From Pseudovirgaria hyperparasitica (Eukaryota), in NCBI GenBank assembly GCA_010093815.1, contig ML996578.1: a DNA stretch of 28,994 nt; one strand, written 5' to 3'. A model generated the notes under the pieces. That model was not told the origin of the DNA and did no database searches. It worked only from the letters and a program-made list of their open reading frames with translations. Made by a program: the position numbers and the translations under genes. How positions within the stretch are numbered: the first letter of the stretch is position 1; each line of letters opens with the position of its first letter. Below are positions 22,501 through 28,994 of the stretch, piece after piece.

Positions 22501-25500
22501 GATAGTTACGTACGGTTTTAAAGATTTTAATCGCTAGTTCCTACGCGTGGATGTTAATATCTATTATTTAGTCGAACTAGACCGTGTAAGGTTCGAAACC
22601 TATCCTTAGACTACGTTCTAGGTTCGCCTAGAAGGGCGTGATATCTATTATACTATAACGACTATTATTATACGCGAATTCTACTATACTTAGTAGAGAG
22701 ACCTAGTTATCTTATTTAAAATTATAGAATGCACGAAGGTAGGCCTCGAGCGTTTAGTTCTATTACTCTATCTAACCATCTATTTATAGATAGAATACTA
22801 TTAACATGTTTCTATTTATACCGGCCATTTCGTAGAATAACGTCTAGAATTTAGACGTGAATATACTCCCTCGGTCTATAATAATCCTTTTTAATATACT
22901 ATAGACCTTAATAATCTTATTCTAGAATACTTATACTAGTTCTTTTAATATAATCGTCTTCTATATAGGGACGTATCTAGATATCTTTATAAGTCTATCC
23001 ACGATAATAAGAATTAAATTATAACTTATTCTTAGTATCTCGCTTAGAGATAAGTTAACTATAAAATCTATAGTAATATCTTTCTATATAAAGAGAGTGA
23101 CTAGTAGAGACTATAAGTTCCTATATAGCTTATGCCTAGATACCTTTATTCTTTAATAAATTAGATAAGTAGCTATCTATTCTTTAACGTACTTAGGTAT
23201 ATCTTTCTAAAAATAGTACTAACGAATCGAGCTTAGGGTGCATATATACCCGAAATATTCTACTAGGTTAGCGTTATAGTATTAGCTAACTATAGTAAAT
23301 CGTGCGTTATCTATTAGTATATAGTACTTTCTATTATAGTAGAGTAAGCCGTCCACGAAGGTCTACTTATAGTCTACTTCGGTCTATAATAATCTATCTT
23401 ACTATATTTTACGTAACTTTAAAACTATTAGGTCTATCTTTTATAGATCCGCGATTAACTAGGCGAGGTCTACTAAATATATACGCTGGGTACTATCGCC
23501 CTCCCTAATAGCGCCGATAAATAGCTCGCTAGGGACTTTAGTACCGCGTCTTTAGTTACCGGCTTCGGTCTTATAAATTTAATTACCGGTATTAGCGTTA
23601 GCATCTCGCTAATTATCGGATAACTTATTATCTAACCTCGTCCTTAAGAGTTAGGCCTATAGCTACTCTAGAACTCTATGGCTACTATAATCCTAGGCGC
23701 CTTCTTTATAGTTAGGTCTTCTTAATATTCTATTAGCTAGGTTTATACTTCTAGGTCAATAGTAGATTATAAAGTAAAAATTCATAAGCTACTTAGCCTA
23801 TTAAACCTATCAACGATTTAAAACCATCGTACTTATAAACCCCTTTAAGTTATAGTAATTAGTTAGTAACTTAACGTTATATATAGTACCTTTAAGATAA
23901 TATCGCCACTACTTAAACGACTCTACTATTACTAGTAGCTCTTAGTTATAAATAGTATATCTAGTCTTAATATTAGCTATCTTACGCGAGAAGAACGTAA
24001 CTAGATACTATTAGACCTTTTTAGACTCTATTAGTCTAGGCTAGAAGAGTATACCTAAGATTATAAATTCTAATATATTAGTTTTAACGTGAATAGGTTT
24101 AGTTAGGTTAAAGTATACTAGTAATAGGGCGGTTATAAATACTTCTTTAATCTTCTCAAAGGATATTCTTTTAACCTTAGTTAATTTAATAGGTTATGAT
24201 TTAATATTACGCTATTTCTATCTACTACGGACTATAATAGACGAGTCGGTAGTAGTAGTACGCGTATTAAGTGGTACGGCTAAACGGGAGAAGTGTTTAA
24301 TAAATTTTTAGTAGTAGTTAGCGAAGCTAATAAAGACACGTATATCTCGAATAGATTTTAGTTTAGACTAGTCTATAATAGTAGTAACTCTATCTCTCTC
24401 TATGGTTATACCTTAATTAGTAATAACGAAGCTAAGAAAGTTAATATAGTTCTAATGGAACTCGTATTTAGATAGCTTAATATATAGCTTATACTTTTCT
24501 AGTCTATCTAGAACTATACGTACGTGCTAGATATACTCCTCCTCGTTATCTAAGAAGATAAGGATATTATCTAGGTATATAATATATATCGTGTCGAGTA
24601 GGCCTACTAGCGCGTTATTAATATACGCTTAGAAGGTACCTAGCGCGTTAGTTAGTCTAAAAGGGACTACGGTATACTTAAAGTATCTATAACGGGTCCT
24701 AAAAGCCGTTTTCTATTCGTCGCCTTCCTTAATGCAAAGGTAATAGTAGGCGTTACGTAGATCGAGCTTAGTAAAGATCTTTACGCGTTCTAGTCTATCG
24801 ATAGACTTAGAGATAAGAGGTAGTAGATAATAATTCTTTCGTGTAATATTATTTAGGCTATAGTAGTCGATATATAGACGGAGGCTCCTATTCTTCTTCT
24901 TTATAAAGAGGATTAGAGCTCTAGCTAGGGATATACTAGGCCTAATCTATTCTCGCGTAAGGTTCTTTTCGATATATTCTTAAAGGACTTATAACTTAGA
25001 CTCTAAAAGAGGGTAGATAGGTCTATATAGAGGTTACTAGCCGTCTTTAAGATTAATAGTAAGGTCGGTAGATTAGTATTAAGGTAGTTCGGAGGAATCG
25101 ATCGCTAACGTAATATATTAGTATATTTTATACTAATATAGTAGGTTTTCGTCTACTTTAATACTAAGCTTACTATTTTATATAAGTAAGAGTATATAGA
25201 TAGTAGAGATCGCCTTCTTATAATCTTTCTAGAATTATTCATCGTCGATAAGCTATACTAGTTCCTATTAAGGTAGGTTTATACGCTAGCTAGCTATCTT
25301 CTTAAGGAAGTCTAGTTTTAGATTATATTTCTTAAGCTATAGTATACCTAGAATTATATTAAAGGGACTATCTACTACGATAAAGGTTAAGTAGTAGAGT
25401 TTCTATTTCCCTCCGCTATCCTAGATACTATATTTAATAGTATAGGTGCCGTATAACTTAATAGGACCGTTAATACTATAGAATATAGTATCTATTAGAG

Positions 25501-27359
25501 CTTAGATGTCGGCGTTAAGTTCTCGTGCTCGTTAGATCGACATAACGTTAGTAGCCGACCTACTATTAAGTATTATAGTCTAATATTATCCACGAGGGAC
25601 CTTAATAGGTCTAGCCTATAGTTTAATATACTATTTAGTAGATTACCCCTCTATTATAGTCGTGTCTATAAGTCGCGAGGGTTTCTCATAGACTATTAGT
25701 TTTTTATATTCTATACTAGGTAGTTAGGCGCGATATATCCTAGCTACTAGCACTTATAGTATATAACTAGTTAGTTAGTTATATTAGCACTTAGTAGCTT
25801 CCCCGAATAGTACTTAGGTACTATATAGTCTATTCTACTATAGGTATAGTAAGTAACTTTAGGTTATTTATACGAGTCGGTCCTCGTATCTTAATATATT
25901 AATTAGTAGAGAGATCTATAATATAATCCGCGTGGTTTTAAATTCGAGACGTAGTAGTAGCCTTATAATATCCCGCGAGATCTATTACTAAATTAGTTTT
26001 AGTTAGATGATTTTATATTAGATTAGATCGTTAGGGATAGTCATACACTAGCGCGGTATTAATTATTTATTATACGCTAGTATCGCTCCACGAGGTTTAT
26101 AAGAGCTTAGAGGTCTATAGAGATTATTATTATAAGGTTAAGACGGTCCTTTATATTTAGGGCAAGGGACCGTTTAAAGTCGTCGTACTATTAAATTATA
26201 TAATCTTCTTCGGCTTCTCTCTAGAGAGGCCGAAGGTATTTAAGGAGTTATAACGGTAACTAATTATCTCATTATTAAGTCTTAAAGATATGGCCCTAGG
26301 CCTAGTCGCGTCGTTTAGCTCTATCGCTAAAATATTAGAGGAGAAATTTAGTAAACGTGTCCTAGTTATAGACATCCTTAGGATATTTAATTCGGTATAC
26401 TATCTAACGTTCTAAAGGCGTCGGGTTAAGGTAGTTCTAGGCGAATCTAATTTTATTGCTATCGTTCGTGAATAGATAGAAGAATCGGCTATATTAGTAA
26501 GCCTATACGTGGAAACTCTTTCTACTTTTACTATTAAAGTAAGGTGGTTTCTTAGGTTAGGGTAATTAGGATAGTAGTAGACTAGAATAGATTATTTTAG
26601 TTAGTATAGGTCTATATAAATATAGATTAGTCGTTACTAGAACTAAAGCGTATAATATAGCTTTAAGTCTTATAGTACGTCCTTAAGCTTCGTCGAGTTC
26701 GTGTAGTTATTACTCGAGTTAAATCTATTATTACCTCTCTTCGTGTAGTCTAGTATATATATTATTATAAGGTATAGTTAACGTTAGGCGATTCTAACGG
26801 ATTAACTTATTAATATTAATAAGGTCTAGCCTCATGTTAAGGTTAGGTCTAGTATAGTTTAAACTAGACCGAGATAGAGTATAATAGACTCTATCCTTAT
26901 ATTCTATAATATCTTCTATAGTTATACGGAATATCGTGCGAGTTATTAGTACGATAGCCTATAAGGTATAGTTATCGGTAGGGGTAGTTATAGGTAGACT
27001 ATTCTCCTCGTTTAGGTTAGGAGAAGGTCTACTATAAGAGGCGGTACTATAAGTATTATAACGAGTGGTTAGAGCTATTTCTATAAACTACCGTCGTGCT
27101 ATATAAAGAGGAATTAAAATATAAGGATTATAGACGTACGATAGTAGTCTAATAGGTTATAGAAGGATTCGGGAATATATTTAAAAGGGTAGTCTACTCT
27201 TCTAACGAGGTTAATTTCTAAAGAGTAGGAATTAAGTATATACGGCCTACTTATATAGTAGTCTCGCTTATTCTAGCTGGCTTAACCTAGGTCTACCTGT
27301 CACGGACCGTACTAGACTATAGTAGTCTAGTTAAGTCTATCCTAGTGTTAGCCCTAATA
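19515..27359 (-). mobile_element. Full-length chromovirus, family B, copy 2, inserted in element C gag
   Basis: 240-bp LTRs at 19515-19754 and 27120-27359; TSD CTAAA at 19510-19514 and 27360-27364; colinear with B1 (gag 25696-27078, pol ~21698-25699). Confidence 0.95.
20165..21469 (+). pseudogene. Antisense intron-containing accessory gene inside B2 (introns 20855-20918, 21053-21102)
   Basis: Colinear with 3113-4416; splice signals conserved while intron interiors diverge; a 1-nt length difference falls inside intron 2. Confidence 0.72.
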
Positions 27360-27628
27360 CTAAAAGCCTTTAGGGATAAAGATATATAATAGTATAAAAT
27401 AATTACTAAGAAAGCTAATAAAAACTACTTTATATTAAAACGGGTAGAAAATAAGATTTATCTAGAGAATTAATATACCTAATACCTGGATATTATATAC
27501 CGAACTTATTTAATATCTAAGGCTATTATATAGTATAACCTTTAAGTAGACTTAGATAAAATTAAGAAATAAGTTTAATCTATAATCTAACTTATATAAG
27601 AAACGGAATAAGAACTTAGTAAGCTATA

Positions 27629-27638
27629 AAAAAACTAG
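27629..27638 (+). promoter_or_regulatory. -1 frameshift slippery site of element C
   Basis: A AAA AAC TAG; the -1 frame continues into the protease motif. Confidence 0.75.
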
Positions 27639-28994
27639 GAAGGCTAGACGCCCTAAGAGAAACGGCTAAGCTAAAAAGAAAATCTCTTATATCTATTAGT
27701 AGCTTAGATAATAAAACACGAATATCTCTTAAAATTTAGCTCTATTAAAAATACTCTATTAAAGTACTAATTAATAGCGGAGTATAGTCTAATTTTATCT
27801 CTCTAACTATAGTAGATAAACTAAAAATACCCTATAATAGTAAAGAAGAACTATATAAACTATCTACGTTTAAAGGACTCGATATAGAATATACTAATAG
27901 AATAGTATACTTAGAAATAGAACCTCTAGATTTAGTCTTAATAGTAGAATACTAATAATTATAACTAGATATAGCGGAGCTAGAATAATATAACTTAATT
28001 CTAGGAACACTATAGCTCGAAGAAGTTAACTCTATAATTAACTAGAAAACTAAAGAAATTATACCCTAGAAAACGTTAAGACCCTTAGAAACTATTAAAG
28101 AAGAAGTAGAGATTAATAAACCTATAAAGGCGCTAATAACTAGAAAGTCTATCTACTATATTCGGAAGCTTAATGATAAGTAAGGTAATATAAAGAGCGG
28201 ACCCTTATATAAGAAATATATAGTATAATAAAGTATATCTACGGACGAATAGATTTAAAAAATAAATAATATACTTATACTAAAGGAATACTACTAATAC
28301 TATATTATCTTTAAAGAAGAACTTAAGACGGGACTACTAAAGTATAGTCTATATAATTATATAATAATACTCTAACTAGGAATAGTACCCACGTTTAAAA
28401 GTATATACTAACTTACTAAAAAATAACTAGAGATAACACGATAATATATTAAGAAAATAGAAATAAAGGGATATATCCAACCCTCTAAATTACCTATAGA
28501 ATATCTAATACTCTTTATACTAAAGAAGACGGGAGTAAACGACCCTATATAGACTATTAATACTTAAATAATATTACCATTAAAAATAGATACTCTCTAC
28601 CCTAAATTAATAAATTATAGAACTAACTTATAGAAGCTTAGTACTTTACTATAATAGACTTATAAGGAGCCTATAACCTTATATATATAATAGAAGAAGA
28701 TAAATAGAAAATAGCTTTTTAGACTTAATACGGCTACTATAAATATCTAGTAATACTATTTAGGCTAACTAATATACTAGCTATATTCTAAGTACTAATT
28801 AACGATATACTAAGGGGATACCTTAACTACTTTATAATAGTATACCTAGATAATATATTAATTTATTTAAGAAACCTATCTAAGTATAGAGAACACGTAT
28901 ATAAGGTACTTTAGAAATTATAAATAGTAAATCTACTAGTAGAATTAAAGAAGAGTATCTTCTATATATAGAAAGTTATATTTTTAGAATTTAA
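27635..28994 (+). pseudogene. pol: Element C pol (protease and RT; cut by the window edge)
   Basis: K.LI(D>N)SG.QSNFI at ~27761-27800; LILG..WL; KNRY.LP; KIAF.T.YG.YEY.V.PF.LTN; YLD(D>N) at 28843-28854. One apparent 1-nt frameshift near 28528. Confidence 0.92.

Larger units (their letters stand above)
17821..27638 (+). pseudogene. gag: Element C extended gag (pieces 17821-18086, 18246-19514, 27365-27638)
   Basis: De-RIPed KIPEPF.G.RSKLQGFL.QIR.YL..QV|MFAAGLLKGDAL.WFEPY..YASKFQQI..LGWDD..FY.GL. Knuckle C..C...GH....C at ~18850-18891, then two WxxCxxDxCxxH repeats; ends A AAA AAC TAG. Confidence 0.85.
1730..28994. other. RIP-mutated AT-rich repeat block (nested transposon cluster)
   Basis: Abrupt compositional switch near 1730. 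CA/TG are nearly absent and TA abundant; Gln/Trp codons are converted to TAA/TAG in all TE frames; repeat copies differ mostly by C>T/G>A. Confidence 0.95.
16973..28994 (+). mobile_element. Ty3/Gypsy LTR retrotransposon, family C (heavily RIP'd, interrupted by LTR-A copy 2 and B2; continues past the right edge)
   Basis: gag and pol motifs on the plus strand, with the frame continuous across both insertions after TSD removal. The left boundary rests on a candidate LTR only. Confidence 0.85.

Noticed and set aside
1730..28994. CRISPR-like arrays, alternative genetic code, many short TA/CTAG palindromes
   Set aside because: No regularly spaced repeat-spacer units; in-frame TAA/TAG and short palindromes are explained by RIP, as copy-to-copy C>T/G>A differences show.

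Overview
Fungal (Pezizomycotina-type) genomic window. Bases 1-~1725 are GC-balanced host DNA carrying the 5' end of a minus-strand gene, probably the mRNA-capping RNA triphosphatase CET1, and its upstream region. From ~1730 to the end is an AT-rich block mutated by RIP (CpA/TpG almost absent, TpA abundant), made of nested transposon relics that can be rebuilt from target-site duplications (TSDs) and reading frames. (i) A Tc1-like DD34E transposase is split into three pieces by (ii) a solo LTR (family A) joined tail-to-tail to a full-length minus-strand chromovirus (B1) under one TSD, and by (iii) a full-length Tad-like LINE with a 16-bp TSD. (iv) A second Ty3/Gypsy element (C, plus strand, runs off the window) has its gag interrupted by another solo LTR-A and a second chromovirus copy (B2). 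The most unusual signals are: an antisense, intron-containing ~396-aa third gene inside both B copies; the A+B tail-to-tail junction, which looks like a co-integrated cDNA heterodimer; a duplicated PPT bracketing the antisense cassette; and the same 31-bp palindrome at both ends of the LINE coding region. Protein calls in the RIP block come from manual translation with mental reversal of C>T/G>A changes, not from database searches.
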